A DNA stretch of 42,253 nucleotides from an uncultured Candidatus Saccharibacteria bacterium (GCA_964355795.1 CAYHEQ010000004.1:1-42253); one strand, 5' to 3'; positions 1-11,430 are shown, counted from the first letter of the stretch. Notes: generated from the sequence alone by a model not told the origin. A program made the numbers and translations.

Positions 1-701
1 CTTTCCAAGGTCGGTGATCTGAACAAAAGTGTCTGAAGAAATGGGTACTTGCCACCCTGAAAGGCGAACTTGATGCCCAGAGCATCTCTGCCATCAATTT
101 GCTTCTCACCCACTACTTGGTATGTCTTATAAATGTTGGCGGGGAAATATTCTTTGGTAGTGGTCGGGACAGGCAAGGCAAACATGGTTCCTATCTGGGG
201 CAGAACCGCATACAATTTACCCTCTTTCCATACGGCTTTCAGCCCCGATGGAACCGCAATAACATCTTCATTGGGAGTTTTGGGATAGGCGCCGGTGAAT
301 TCTCCGGCAAAGCTCTCTAGAGAACCATCAGACTTTAATTTAATCGCAAATTTGATGGGCACATTTTTGGCGCTACCACTATTGATAATCGCATCGTATT
401 CTATGGTAGTAATACTGCAAGATTTGGCCAAAATCGCCAAAACATCCTTTTCGCTATAGGTTTTTTTCTCTGTCCCCGATGACTCTTTGGCGACATCGCT
501 ACCTGCGTCTTTCTCAAAAGTGAAATTGTCCTTGTAGAAAATGAGAGCGCCGACCACCACTACCGCTACCAAAACCGCGCCGACTGTCCAAATCGCCCAG
601 CCGGATTTCTTTGGAAGGTTGGGGGTGTTTTTTGGCTCCTCTGGTGAAACAACAGGAACGGGAGCGACTGCTGGTGAAACAATGGGATTTTCTTCTGACA
701 T
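1..701 (-). CDS. hypothetical membrane-anchored protein, 3' end runs off the window
   Basis: ATG at 701 (rc of cat 699-701) opens a frame that stays open to base 1. It is absent from the ORF track because no stop is reached. The N-terminus MSEENPIVSPAVAPVPVVSPEEPKNTPNLPKKSGWAIWTVGAVLVAVVVVGALIFYK is a Pro-rich leader plus one hydrophobic helix. Track ORFs 99..320(+) and 514..879(-) overlap it and look spurious. Confidence 0.6.
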   Translation of the reverse strand, partial: MSEENPIVSPAVAPVPVVSPEEPKNTPNLPKKSGWAIWTVGAVLVAVVVVGALIFYKDNFTFEKDAGSDVAKESSGTEKKTYSEKDVLAILAKSCSITTIEYDAIINSGSAKNVPIKFAIKLKSDGSLESFAGEFTGAYPKTPNEDVIAVPSGLKAVWKEGKLYAVLPQIGTMFALPVPTTTKEYFPANIYKTYQVVGEKQIDGRDALGIKFAFQGGKYPFLQTLLFRSPTLE

Positions 702-713
702 AAAATTTTTCTT

Positions 714-1214
714 TTAATAATTTATTTGCTTGATGCCTTCCTTTACGGCGATACGAAATAGATCTTGAAAAATCTCCGGATCCATAATATAAACTACTGC
801 GAATGAAGAGACGAATATCACCACAGCCAGCCATTTCGTGTATATCCCATAAGTTTTTACAAATAAGATAATAGAACAAATAGCCATAATGGTTGGGCCA
901 ATAATCTTGATATCGCCAAGAGGAACCCTGTAGCCAGCGATTAACTCTTCTGATTTACCCAAAAAACCAGCGAGGTCAAAGCTAGTTTTTGTAATAATAA
1001 AAATCATTTCCAAAACAAGCGCTATCAGAATAATCCAAGATGATAATTTGGTTGATTTTCCCTCTGTTCTATAGACTTCATAAATAACCGTAGGAGCAAG
1101 AAACAAAACAGCAATGAAAGGATTTTTGGCCAAGAACCCCATCAAAACACCAGCCAATGTTACCACCGTTAGGATGATGCAAATCAGACCTGCATTTTTT
1201 GTTGGTTTACTCAT
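714..1214 (-). CDS. hypothetical integral membrane protein
   Basis: 166 aa made almost entirely of hydrophobic stretches (LICIILTVVTLAGVLMGF, FIAVLFLAPTVIY, WIILIALVLEMIFII, IIGPTIMAICSIILFV, WLAVVIFVSSFAVVYI). No family recognised. Confidence 0.55.
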   Translation of the reverse strand: MSKPTKNAGLICIILTVVTLAGVLMGFLAKNPFIAVLFLAPTVIYEVYRTEGKSTKLSSWIILIALVLEMIFIITKTSFDLAGFLGKSEELIAGYRVPLGDIKIIGPTIMAICSIILFVKTYGIYTKWLAVVIFVSSFAVVYIMDPEIFQDLFRIAVKEGIKQINY

Positions 1215-1227
1215 TTTTTTCTTTTAA

Positions 1228-2184
1228 TTATCTCACTCCTACTTTTTTTCGCACCTCCATCATTTTTTTCTCTGCAACCTTTCGTGCTTTTTTGGCGCCG
1301 TCAAGCAATACTTTTTCCAAATATTTCGGCTTTTTGAGCAGTTCTTTGCGCTTTTTGCGAAAAGTAGCGAAATGGTCGGCGATACCGGACGCCAGGTCCT
1401 CTTTGAGCTTCAAGTTATTATTCACATATTTTTTCGCCTCAAAACCTTTCACGAAAATCTTGGCCAAACTCCTCAAATTTTCCAAACCTTTTTCATCCGC
1501 CACCGCTTTGCGCAATTTCTCGGCAATCACCTTTGGTGAATCGGCCAAGAAAATACAAGACTTTTCTCCGCCTGATTTACTCATTTTTTTCGTTGGGTCA
1601 GAGAGCGACATCACCTTGGGCATTTCGGTCAATTTCAATTGCGGTTCTTTGAAGATTTTGCCATAACGATTGTTGAAAAATCGAACAATATCGCGAGCCA
1701 ATTCCAAATGTTGGATTTGGTCAGTGCCGACCGGAACAATATCTGTATCGTAAAGCAGAACATCTGAAGCCATCAGAGTCGGGTAGGTGAAGAGTCCGAC
1801 ATTGGCATTTTCCTTTTTTTTGGTAATAGCATCCTTGTACTGCGTCATCCTTTCCAAAAAAGAAACAGGGGTCAAACAATTGAAATACCACATCAGCTCG
1901 GTATGCTCGGGGATGGCCGATTGCTGGAACAAAACACATTTTTTGGGATCTACGCCTGTTGCCAAAATTTCCGCAGTCAAAGTCAAAATTTGCTTATGCT
2001 TTTTCTTCGCATCATAATCGACCGTAAGCGAATGAAGATCGGCCACGAAAAAATAACATTCGTAGCCATCTTTAATATACCCTGGCCAATTGACCAAAGT
2101 CCCGAGGTAATTGCCGATATGCAAATCTTCCGTCGGCTTGATACCAGTAAGAATTCTTTTTTTCATAGACTTAAGTATATCCAA
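1228..2184 (-). CDS. trpS: tryptophan--tRNA ligase
   Basis: Class I signatures: GIKPTEDLHIGNYLG (HIGH-type) and KMSKS. Length of 318 aa is typical of TrpS. The start could be the internal Met at 2166. Confidence 0.92.
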   Translation of the reverse strand: MDILKSMKKRILTGIKPTEDLHIGNYLGTLVNWPGYIKDGYECYFFVADLHSLTVDYDAKKKHKQILTLTAEILATGVDPKKCVLFQQSAIPEHTELMWYFNCLTPVSFLERMTQYKDAITKKKENANVGLFTYPTLMASDVLLYDTDIVPVGTDQIQHLELARDIVRFFNNRYGKIFKEPQLKLTEMPKVMSLSDPTKKMSKSGGEKSCIFLADSPKVIAEKLRKAVADEKGLENLRSLAKIFVKGFEAKKYVNNNLKLKEDLASGIADHFATFRKKRKELLKKPKYLEKVLLDGAKKARKVAEKKMMEVRKKVGVR

Positions 2185-2226
2185 ATCTCAATCCGAATGG
2201 AATATCCAAATTAATCCGAAGAAATT

Positions 2227-2251
2227 CACTTAGTGGCTTAGCCACTAAGTG
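2227..2251 (-). terminator. perfect 12-bp palindrome overlapping the NUDIX stop codon, upstream of trpS
   Basis: cacttagtggc t tagccactaagtg is its own reverse complement around a central t. On the minus strand it is followed by aatttcttc. It could be a terminator or attenuator. Confidence 0.3.
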
Positions 2252-2673
2252 ACTATTTTGTCCATAATAGATAGGAAAAATTCTTTGTCTTTCGGGTGGG
2301 TGAGTAAATCCGCCACTTCTTCTTTCCTGACCCATCTGGCTTCAGGATTTTCTGGATCCACTGGCTTGAGCGCTCCTGTATGTTTGGTTTTGAAAAGGAA
2401 GATAGTGATGTGCTTTAATTCTGGCAGATCGTCTTTGCTTTCCGGAAGCATTTTGTACCTACTGTATGTGCCTAATTTTAAAACCAGTTCCAAACCAGAT
2501 ACCCCCGATTCCTCACAAATCTCCCTCTTGGCCGTTTCCAATTCGTCTTCTCCTTTCTCCATATGTCCTTTCGGCAAAGTCCATGATACGCCCTTTACAT
2601 TAACGACTAGAATCAGCCCCTCTGGATTGATGACTACCCCTCCCGCGCTGTATGTCTCGTGAATATTTGGCAT
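2245..2673 (-). CDS. NUDIX hydrolase
   Basis: Nudix box GHMEKGEDELETAKREICEESGV (GX5EX7REUXEEXGU). Confidence 0.9.
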   Translation of the reverse strand: MPNIHETYSAGGVVINPEGLILVVNVKGVSWTLPKGHMEKGEDELETAKREICEESGVSGLELVLKLGTYSRYKMLPESKDDLPELKHITIFLFKTKHTGALKPVDPENPEARWVRKEEVADLLTHPKDKEFFLSIMDKIVT

Positions 2674-2697
2674 AAAAAATTGTCTCGTTACTAATCG

Positions 2698-3573
2698 TTA
2701 CGGTTTCTCAAACAGCGGTATTACATAATCCCCATACCGCCACGAAAGGGGGTTGTCGGGCAGGGCGAGAGTAATGCTATTATTCTTCAAAGTCGGCGAT
2801 GCTCCTTCTTCAACGAAAATCCCATCGCCGCAATTTTTGATAACATTATTTTCAATTATCGCCGAACCACCGAGAACAACGATAGCGGTATGGCAATTTT
2901 CAATCGTATTGCCACGGATAACCTGCCCCGTCCCCTCATACCCAACATCAAGACCTTCGTGTCCAGCGTCAGCCAAATAATTACCAATAGCGCTAATGCC
3001 GGAATGCGCCGTAGAGATAGCGCCCCAAAGCACATGCTGAACAGTAGTATTTCTGATGACACTATCCGCTTGACGACCGATAGGATTAAGTCCGTTCCTA
3101 TTGTATTCCACAAGCGTATTGTCCACTACACTGCCATTGCCGAAAAAAACAATTGCTTCCCAATCAGCCAGAGTTGGCTTGGCACTAGCGGAAGTGAAGA
3201 CGATTTTTTGCTCTTTCGTCCCGACCGCTATCAGCTTCCGCAAGATAGTCAAACTGGAATGAGTGGTGGAATATGCTAACAATCGTGTCGGATCAGCGTC
3301 GTTGAACCCATCCGCCGGCACTTCGTCGCCACCCCCTCGGTCATCGCCTACGACAAATTTCACTATCGTTCCCGGCGCCACTGCCAAATCGCCAAAGATC
3401 ATCACATCGCCCGTTACTAAAATTTCTCCCGACCATTTTTGATGACCAAAATACCACCCGCTAACGCGGGCATCAGCGATTACGCGAGGAGAAAAATACA
3501 TCCACACCCCCACTACCAAAATGACAGCCAAGACAATACCGACAATAGATAGGCTTTTTTTAGGGTTTTTCAT
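2698..3573 (-). CDS. membrane-anchored right-handed beta-helix repeat protein
   Basis: N-terminal TM helix (LSIVGIVLAVILVVGVWMYF). Repeated N-x-I/V-x-N-C/N-type parallel beta-helix turns (NTIENCHTAIVVLGGSAIIENNVIKNCGDGIFVEEGASPTLKNNSI). Confidence 0.7.
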   Translation of the reverse strand: MKNPKKSLSIVGIVLAVILVVGVWMYFSPRVIADARVSGWYFGHQKWSGEILVTGDVMIFGDLAVAPGTIVKFVVGDDRGGGDEVPADGFNDADPTRLLAYSTTHSSLTILRKLIAVGTKEQKIVFTSASAKPTLADWEAIVFFGNGSVVDNTLVEYNRNGLNPIGRQADSVIRNTTVQHVLWGAISTAHSGISAIGNYLADAGHEGLDVGYEGTGQVIRGNTIENCHTAIVVLGGSAIIENNVIKNCGDGIFVEEGASPTLKNNSITLALPDNPLSWRYGDYVIPLFEKP

Positions 3574-3641
3574 GAATATCTCATATTTTATGTTAAAATA
3601 TACTTGGAATCTCCCTTTTCAGTATAGCCACAAATATCCCT

Positions 3642-4577
3642 ATGCGCAACGAACAAAAACCAGAGGGTCTTCACAGAGCGATAATTTTCACCATCGCTTA
3701 TTTTGACGCTTTCGGACAACCGATGACCTCTCCTGAAATATGGAATTATCTTTTTCGCCACAAAGCGACTCTTGATGAAGTAATGTCGGCGCTTGACGAA
3801 CTAGTAATCAAGGGAAAAATAGAGATGTCTCAAGAATTTTACTTTCTACCCGGTAAAAAAGAGCTAGTAGATCTGCGCGCCAAACGTCTGGCCATCTCCG
3901 AAAGATATTGGAAAAAAGCTATCAAATCCGCGAAAATCCTCTCGTATTGCCCCTTCATCAAAACAATTGTAGCCAACAATTCTCTGGCACTTTTCACTTG
4001 CGACCAAGAAAGTGATGTGGACTTTTTCATTATTACTACCAAAAATCATCTTTGGTTTGCTCGGGGATTTTCGTCGCTCGTCTTACATCTTTTACTGCTC
4101 CGCCGTTACGGCCAGAGAATAGCTGGCCAAACCTGCCTTTCAATGTATATCGCCGAAGACAAAATGGATTTGTCTTACATCGCTCCAAGGGAAAGAGAAT
4201 TTTTCCTCTCCTATTGGATAGCGCAAAACGCGCCTATCTTCAACAAAGAGAAGACCTTTGAAAAATACAAAGCGACTAATGATTGGACAAAAAAAGATTT
4301 GCCCAACGCGAACAACAATATCACTGATTATTATATTAATTTCCGCCTCTCTTGGCCTTCAAAAATAGTTTCGCGAAGTCTTGAGATATTTTTTACTCCT
4401 CGATTTTGGGAGTCTATCGCGCGGTTCGTTCAGAAACCATTGATTAAGCGGACACAAAAAAAGTTCGGCAATCCAACATCGGTAAAATTTGACGACCATA
4501 TATTGAAATTTCATACCCGAGACTGGAAGAGAGTGGCCAACACAGACTGGGATAATTCCCTTGACCTTTCCTCCTGA
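3642..4577 (+). CDS. hypothetical protein, possible winged-helix plus nucleotidyltransferase-like fold
   Basis: 311-aa ORF. SDVDFFIIT resembles the DxD of Pol-beta-type nucleotidyltransferases. This is a weak, motif-only assignment. Confidence 0.45.
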   Translation: MRNEQKPEGLHRAIIFTIAYFDAFGQPMTSPEIWNYLFRHKATLDEVMSALDELVIKGKIEMSQEFYFLPGKKELVDLRAKRLAISERYWKKAIKSAKILSYCPFIKTIVANNSLALFTCDQESDVDFFIITTKNHLWFARGFSSLVLHLLLLRRYGQRIAGQTCLSMYIAEDKMDLSYIAPREREFFLSYWIAQNAPIFNKEKTFEKYKATNDWTKKDLPNANNNITDYYINFRLSWPSKIVSRSLEIFFTPRFWESIARFVQKPLIKRTQKKFGNPTSVKFDDHILKFHTRDWKRVANTDWDNSLDLSS

Positions 4578-4700
4578 TTTTGCTAAAATTATTAGCGCGC
4601 TTAGCTCTTATTTCGTCATGAGGCGAAAGAGCCCTACGAATTACAAGCGCATTTAATTCGTAATTTGTATATTCGGTATTATTCGTAATTTCGTAGTAAC

Positions 4701-4991
4701 ATGAAGATCCAACCCCTACGCGACAAAATATTGGTTCGCCCAGAAAAAGAAGAGCAAGAAACCAAATCAGGCATATTCATTCCTGACACCGCCAACAAGG
4801 AGCGCCCCCAAAGGGGCGAGATTTTGGCTGTTGGACCGGGAAGATTGGACGATGATGGCAAGACGATAAAGATGGCCGTCAAAGTCGGCGATCTCATCCT
4901 TTTTTCCAAATATACTCCCACCGAAATAAAAGTGGATGGAGAGGAGTTACTGATTTTGTCAGAGGGAGATGTGCTTGGGATTTTAAAATAA
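4701..4991 (+). CDS. groES: co-chaperonin GroES
   Basis: MKIQPLRDKILVRPEKEEQETKSGIFIPDTA...GDLILFSKY is a canonical Cpn10 and lies directly upstream of groEL. Confidence 0.96.
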   Translation: MKIQPLRDKILVRPEKEEQETKSGIFIPDTANKERPQRGEILAVGPGRLDDDGKTIKMAVKVGDLILFSKYTPTEIKVDGEELLILSEGDVLGILK

Positions 4992-5013
4992 AGCGATGCT
5001 AATCCGCGAATGA

Positions 5014-6747
<1,734 letters not shown>

Positions 6748-6754
6748 GAAGCGG

Positions 6755-6832
6755 GAGAGACACGATATGTCGTGTCTCTCTAAAATCATGGACAGCAAAA
6801 ATCCCCGGCTATTCGGGGATTTTTGTATTTTT
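6755..6832. terminator. two tandem hairpins after groEL, the second a bidirectional intrinsic terminator
   Basis: gagagacacga-tatg-tcgtgtctctc (6755-6780), then aaaaatcccc-ggctattc-ggggattttt followed by gtattttt (6797-6832). The latter has the same design as the hairpin at 8297-8321. Confidence 0.7.
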
Positions 6833-6870
6833 CTGCGCTATTCCGCGTTAAATTCCGCGTAGTTCCGCGA

Positions 6871-7392
6871 TCAATTCATCACCGGTGAGAAATCAGAAGC
6901 GGTGATTTTTTCTACAACTTTTTCTACATGATCTTTGATAATGATTTTACCCGGCAGAACTCGAACAATACGATCGGCAGACATGATACGAATTTCTCTG
7001 GAAAATTTTCGGCGAATAATGATAGTTGCTACCTTGCGAAAAGTGGTATCAAAGACAAAATCACGCAATTGGCCAAAATATTTTCCGCTCTCGCTAACGA
7101 CTCTACTGCCAAAAAACCTCGTCTCACTGTCCAAAATCTTTTTTACCTTGACAATATCCTCCAGCTCCAAAACATTTTCGCATCCTCTGATCAAAGCGCC
7201 ATCTTTGTACCATTCCACCGTATCGCGACTGGAGACTATCTTTGGTCGCGAGAAAAGTCCTTGGTTCAAAAGAATAGCCAAAATATGCCCCGTTTCGGGG
7301 TCTATGATGACATCGCGAATCTGGCCGGCCACAGACGCGCCAGTCATTTCCACAATGTTTTTGCCAATTAGATTTCTTGCATGAATTAGCAT
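6871..7392 (-). CDS. PRC-barrel domain protein (two tandem barrels)
   Basis: LIGKNIVEMTGASVAGQIRDVIIDPETGHILAILL and FFGSRVVSESGKYFGQLRDFVFDTTFRKVATIII match the PRC-barrel pattern. Confidence 0.6.
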   Translation of the reverse strand: MLIHARNLIGKNIVEMTGASVAGQIRDVIIDPETGHILAILLNQGLFSRPKIVSSRDTVEWYKDGALIRGCENVLELEDIVKVKKILDSETRFFGSRVVSESGKYFGQLRDFVFDTTFRKVATIIIRRKFSREIRIMSADRIVRVLPGKIIIKDHVEKVVEKITASDFSPVMN

Positions 7393-7466
7393 ATTAAGAA
7401 AATAAGAAATTAATAAATTAAGAAATTAGACACTGCTTTCTTCTATTTTCTTAATTTTTTACTTTT

Positions 7467-8252
7467 TTAGCCCCTCGCCCGTAAGCGAAAGAAAAATTCC
7501 TTATTCCCCTTATCTCCCACCAAAGGGGAACGCGCTTCACCCAATATCTCAAAATCATTTTCACCGCACCAGTGACGAAAACTGGCGAGGAGTTTCTCGT
7601 GAATTTTGCCGTCGGTGATCACCCCTCTATATTTATCGGCGATATCTTTGCTCGCTTCAAATTGGGGCTTGAAAAGCGCCACAATGCTTGAGTTGTGAGT
7701 TATGAGTTGTGAGTTATGAACCCCATCTTTGTTGTCATTGACTCTTGACTCATGGCTCATAACTCTCTTCAATGTTGGCAAAACTTTTTTTAACGAGATG
7801 AATGACACATCTATCACAAATATATCAATCGGTTCTGGCAGATTTTCCAAATATCTGGCGTTGGTATTTTCCATAACGACAACCCTCGGATCAGAACGCA
7901 AACCCCAGTCTAGCTGTCCCGTGCCCACATCTATCGCATAAACTTTCTTCGCGCCATTTTGCAAAGCGTAATCAGTGAATCCACCCGTGGAAGACCCAAT
8001 ATCAGCCACAATCTTGCCATGAAAATCTAACGCGAAAGCGAGGGATGCTCCCGCCATTTTCTCCGCTCCGCGACCGACATATTGAGGGACTTTCAAGATC
8101 TCAATATTAGCATCCTCTGGATAACTCATCCCCGGCTTGTCAGCCGTCTTCCCTCCCACCAAAACCAACCCCGCCATAATCATTCTCTGCGCCTTTTCGC
8201 GGGAAGCGACCAGTCCTTTATCAAAAATGAGCGTATCAAGCCGTTTTTTCAT
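7467..8252 (-). CDS. tlyA: TlyA-family rRNA 2'-O-methyltransferase
   Basis: S4-like N-terminus (KKRLDTLIFDKGLVASREKAQRMIMAGLV) and SAM motif DIGSSTGGFTDYALQNGAKKVYAIDVG. The start is moved from the track start (8291) to the Met at 8252. Confidence 0.85.
   Translation of the reverse strand: MKKRLDTLIFDKGLVASREKAQRMIMAGLVLVGGKTADKPGMSYPEDANIEILKVPQYVGRGAEKMAGASLAFALDFHGKIVADIGSSTGGFTDYALQNGAKKVYAIDVGTGQLDWGLRSDPRVVVMENTNARYLENLPEPIDIFVIDVSFISLKKVLPTLKRVMSHESRVNDNKDGVHNSQLITHNSSIVALFKPQFEASKDIADKYRGVITDGKIHEKLLASFRHWCGENDFEILGEARSPLVGDKGNKEFFFRLRARG
7690..7717. repeat. 14-nt x2 tandem repeat inside tlyA
   Basis: gagttgtgagttat gagttgtgagttat, translated in frame as part of ...HNSQLITHNSS..., an insertion-like segment. 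Confidence 0.8.
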
Positions 8253-8296
8253 ATTCCCAGTATAGCACTTCCACCTCCTCTGGTCAAACAAATAAC

Positions 8297-8330
8297 AAAA
8301 ATCCGCTATTCGGCGGATTTTGTATTTTTT
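8297..8330. terminator. bidirectional intrinsic terminator between efp and tlyA
   Basis: aaaatccgc-tattcg-gcggatttt flanked by A- and T-runs. Confidence 0.65.
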
Positions 8331-8374
8331 ATTTCTTCCTGAATCTTAAATCATAAATCTTGAATCTGCCATAA

Positions 8375-8929
8375 TTACGCGCGTTCTGCATACATTCCCG
8401 TATCCGTATTGACCTTAATCTTGTCGCCTATATTGACAAAAGACGGCACTTGAAGCTTGTAGCCCGTATCGGTTGTGGCCTGCTTTTTCACATCCGAAGC
8501 GGTGGCGGATTTGATACCCGGTTCGGTATCGGTGATAGTCATCACGACCTTGGGCGGAATCTCCACGCTAATCGGTATCTCGTTATAAATCACTAGCTCT
8601 ACTGTCATACCTTCGGCCAGATAATATATTTTGTCGCCCAAGATTTTGCCAGACAATTCAAATTGCTCAAAAGTCACCCCGTCCATAAAAAAAGCGTTTT
8701 CGCCTTGACGGTAGAGGAATTGCACTTTCTTTTTGTCTATATTGATACTATTAATGGCATCATTGGCGCGAAAAACCACTTCATAAACATTGCCCGTTAT
8801 CATATTGCGCAAACGAGTGGTCATAAACCCTTTGCTCTGCGAGGAACGAGAAAAAGAGGCTGACACCACTTCGTGTGGCGCGCCTTTGTATTCAATCTTC
8901 ACCCCGGGTTTGAGATCCGTCATCTGCAT
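8375..8929 (-). CDS. efp: elongation factor P
   Basis: 184 aa. DLKPGVKIEYKGAPHEVVSASF...KGFMTTRLRNMITG is typical EF-P domain I-III organisation. Confidence 0.94.
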   Translation of the reverse strand: MQMTDLKPGVKIEYKGAPHEVVSASFSRSSQSKGFMTTRLRNMITGNVYEVVFRANDAINSINIDKKKVQFLYRQGENAFFMDGVTFEQFELSGKILGDKIYYLAEGMTVELVIYNEIPISVEIPPKVVMTITDTEPGIKSATASDVKKQATTDTGYKLQVPSFVNIGDKIKVNTDTGMYAERA

Positions 8930-9038
8930 CGCTAATTTTCTCTAATTTCGTTATTCAATATTCTCTTGTACTCCAAACTATTTCTGACATTCTTGTTTTT
9001 GTATTTAATTCGCGAGAATAAGAGCTAATTCGCGAAAA

Positions 9039-9257
9039 TTAGCTTATAACGAAAGGCAATAGCGCCATATGGCGAGCTCTTTTGATGGCCTGCGCTAGGC
9101 GTCTCTGATGATAGGCACAAGCGCCGGTGCGACGGCGGGTTTCAATTTTTCCAAAACCCGACAAGTATTTCTTCAAATACTCGGCGTGCTTGTAATCAAT
9201 CTCGCCAACATTATTGGAACAAAACGGACAAATCTTTGATTTCATATTTTTATGCAA
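9039..9257 (-). CDS. rpsR: 30S ribosomal protein S18
   Basis: [60 protein letters not shown]. Confidence 0.93.
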   Translation of the reverse strand: MHKNMKSKICPFCSNNVGEIDYKHAEYLKKYLSGFGKIETRRRTGACAYHQRRLAQAIKRARHMALLPFVIS

Positions 9258-9338
9258 ATCTTAATGCTAATTTGTATGCGAATCGTTACGAATTATTTTA
9301 TCCGCGTAAATCCGTTTCAAATCCGCGATTATCCGCGA

Positions 9339-9848
9339 TTAAAAAGGGATGTCTTCCAAATTCACCTCTGCCTTCGGCTCACCATCGCTAGAGGAACCTT
9401 CCGTTGACGTTGCTGAAGGGAAAGTCTTGTCTGGAGCAGAATAATCAACGTCTGGTTGAACAACCGACGGATCGGAGGGAGCAGCAGGAGCGCCTCCGCC
9501 AGCACCATCCCAAGATTTCGGCCGATCCAGCACCAACATATTCTCGGCGACAATTTCAGTCTTGTATCTTTTGACCCCATCCTGACCCTCCCAATTCCTC
9601 GTTTGCAATCGGCCTTCAATATAGACTTTGCGACCCTTGGTGAGCAATTGCTTGCAGATTTCCGCCAATTTGCCCCAAGTGACAATGTCGTGGAATTCTA
9701 CTGCTTCCTTCTTCTCGCCGGCTGGATCGTTCCATGCCCGATTGGTCGCTACCGCAAAGGAAGCGACTGCCTGACCACTGGGAGTATAGCGTAACTCTGG
9801 GTCGCGAGTGAGATTGCCGATAATTTGAGCGCGATTGAGGCTTAACAT
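9339..9848 (-). CDS. ssb: single-stranded DNA-binding protein
   Basis: LNRAQIIGNLTRDPELRYTPSGQAVASFAVATNR OB fold and the acidic C-terminal tip DIPF. Confidence 0.93.
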   Translation of the reverse strand: MLSLNRAQIIGNLTRDPELRYTPSGQAVASFAVATNRAWNDPAGEKKEAVEFHDIVTWGKLAEICKQLLTKGRKVYIEGRLQTRNWEGQDGVKRYKTEIVAENMLVLDRPKSWDGAGGGAPAAPSDPSVVQPDVDYSAPDKTFPSATSTEGSSSDGEPKAEVNLEDIPF

Positions 9849-9938
9849 AAGATGTCCTTTCTAAGAACTTACTGCGTAAAAAAATTGGTATGCCCATTCA
9901 TGGGGTTCGTTGATGATCCGCGTAATTCGTGTTGCCGA

Positions 9939-10601
9939 TTACAAATCGGCGCTAATATCTTCTCCCAAGATTTCCGCCAATTTCTTGTCCAGAGTGGCCT
10001 TGCGTTCTTCATCAGAGATAGGCTTGGCGTCGTCATCAATCTTTTCTTTTTCTGGCTCTTTTTTTGGCTCCTCAACCGCTTCCTCGGACTTTTCTGTATC
10101 AACAACCATCTTCTCATCATCCTGTCTGTCCCGAGCGAAATCCTGGGATTCCTCTGTTTTTTCGTCCTTTGACTCTTCTTTCTTTATTTTCCGCGCAGTC
10201 TTCCTCTCCACTGTTTCCTCACCACCAGTTCTTTTCGTCGTCCTAGAAGATGGAGTCTCTTTTTGTTCTCCTTTTTCGGCTTTTTCAGCGGATTCTGCGC
10301 CGGGCAATTCTACTCCTTCCAGATATTCGGTGATAAGATACCGAGAGATTCTCTCATTGAGATTGAGTTCTCTGGTTAATTTCTCCAAAGCTTGCCCTTC
10401 CGCTGTGAAAATCACCATGAAATAATAACCAAAAGAATTATCGGCTATTTTGTAGGCCAATTTCTTCTTGCCCCAATAGATTTCTTTTTCTATCGTGGCG
10501 CCTTCTTTTTTGACTTGCGCGGTAATTTCCTTGGAGATCTCTTGGGCTTTCGGTTCTGTCAATTTCTCGCCCAAAACAAACATCAATTCGTATTTTTTCA
10601 T
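9939..10601 (-). CDS. rpsF: 30S ribosomal protein S6 with a long acidic C-terminal extension
   Basis: MKKYELMFVLGEKL...YWGKKKLAYKI...GYYFMVIF S6 core (~95 aa) followed by ~120 aa of E/K/D-rich low complexity. Part of the rpsF-ssb-rpsR operon. Confidence 0.9.
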   Translation of the reverse strand: MKKYELMFVLGEKLTEPKAQEISKEITAQVKKEGATIEKEIYWGKKKLAYKIADNSFGYYFMVIFTAEGQALEKLTRELNLNERISRYLITEYLEGVELPGAESAEKAEKGEQKETPSSRTTKRTGGEETVERKTARKIKKEESKDEKTEESQDFARDRQDDEKMVVDTEKSEEAVEEPKKEPEKEKIDDDAKPISDEERKATLDKKLAEILGEDISADL

Positions 10602-10609
10602 TGTTCTTG

Positions 10610-10673
10610 CTCCGACCGAAGAAGCGTCGGAGTCCTTTCTGTGGTCTAATGGTCCGACCCTGTGGCGTCGGAC
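10610..10673. repeat. two CCGAC..GTCGG hairpins in the rpsF leader
   Basis: ctccgac-cgaagaagc-gtcggag (10610-10632) and gtccgac-cctgtggc-gtcggac (10652-10673). Confidence 0.7.
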
Positions 10674-10700
10674 AAAAAGGATTATTGATCAGTTTTCTCT

Positions 10701-10713
10701 ATTCTAGCACAAA
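10701..10713 (-). promoter_or_regulatory. extended -10 promoter-like motif upstream of rpsF
   Basis: The minus strand reads tttgtgctagaat. The same TGTGCTAGAAT word recurs at 16414-16424(-) and 20374-20384(+). Confidence 0.4.
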
Positions 10714-10778
10714 TTCTTGCTCCGAGCAAGTCTTTGTATTTTGTTCGTATGTTCGTATTTGTTCGTAAGTGTGTAGTA

Positions 10779-11360
10779 TTATTTCCCCAAATTCCGCAAC
10801 GCCTCTCGTAGTTTTTTCTCCGGGTCCGTGACGCTGGCTGACACCATCTTGAGCGCCGCTCGGGCTTCAATAGCGTTATAGCCTAGACGAAGGAGCGCTT
10901 CATAGACATCAAGACTGGAACCAACATCCAAAGACTTCGTCCCGACAGGCCTGATATCTCCCATTTTTATCTTATTTTTCAGCTCCAAAACAATTCTCTT
11001 AGCCGTTTTGTCGCCAATACCGGATATTTTCGTCAACATTTCGGCGTTGTCCTCGATTACCGCCGCCTTGATCTCGGCCACTGACGCCGCGTTCATGACC
11101 GAAAGACCAACTTTCGGCCCGATACCAGAAATAGAAAGCAAAAGTTCGAAAAATTCCTGCTCTTCTTGCGACAAAAATCCGTACAGAGCCTGACTGCTTT
11201 CCGACATATAGTGGTGAATGTGCAGAAAAGCTTCTGAACCAATCTGAATGGCAGACATTACTGACTCGGGAGAAAAAACCTGATAACCAACACCACCCGT
11301 CTCCACGAGCAACCAGCTATCTTTTTTCGTTTTCACAAATCCACGGAGTGAAGCTATCAT
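10779..11360 (-). CDS. ruvA: Holliday junction DNA helicase RuvA
   Basis: MIASLRGFV...VETGGVGYQV, HhH motifs (ISGIGPKVGL, ISGIGDKTAKRIVLEL) and a C-terminal domain III. Confidence 0.92.
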   Translation of the reverse strand: MIASLRGFVKTKKDSWLLVETGGVGYQVFSPESVMSAIQIGSEAFLHIHHYMSESSQALYGFLSQEEQEFFELLLSISGIGPKVGLSVMNAASVAEIKAAVIEDNAEMLTKISGIGDKTAKRIVLELKNKIKMGDIRPVGTKSLDVGSSLDVYEALLRLGYNAIEARAALKMVSASVTDPEKKLREALRNLGK

Positions 11361-11389
11361 TGGGGGCTAAGAAATTAATTTTCTGATCA

Positions 11390-11430
11390 GAGGTTTGACC
11401 TTGAGAATTGGCTGTTTAAGGTCAAACCTC
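11390..11430. repeat. 13-bp perfect-stem hairpin
   Basis: gaggtttgacctt-gagaattggctgttt-aaggtcaaacctc, between ruvA and rnj. Confidence 0.7.

Noticed and set aside
4601-4632. CIRCE-like inverted repeat (ttagctctt ... aagagc) upstream of groES
   Set aside because: CIRCE is TTAGCACTC-N9-GAGTGCTAA. Here the arms match only partly, the right arm is interrupted, and the spacer is 17 nt. This is not enough to call an HrcA operator.
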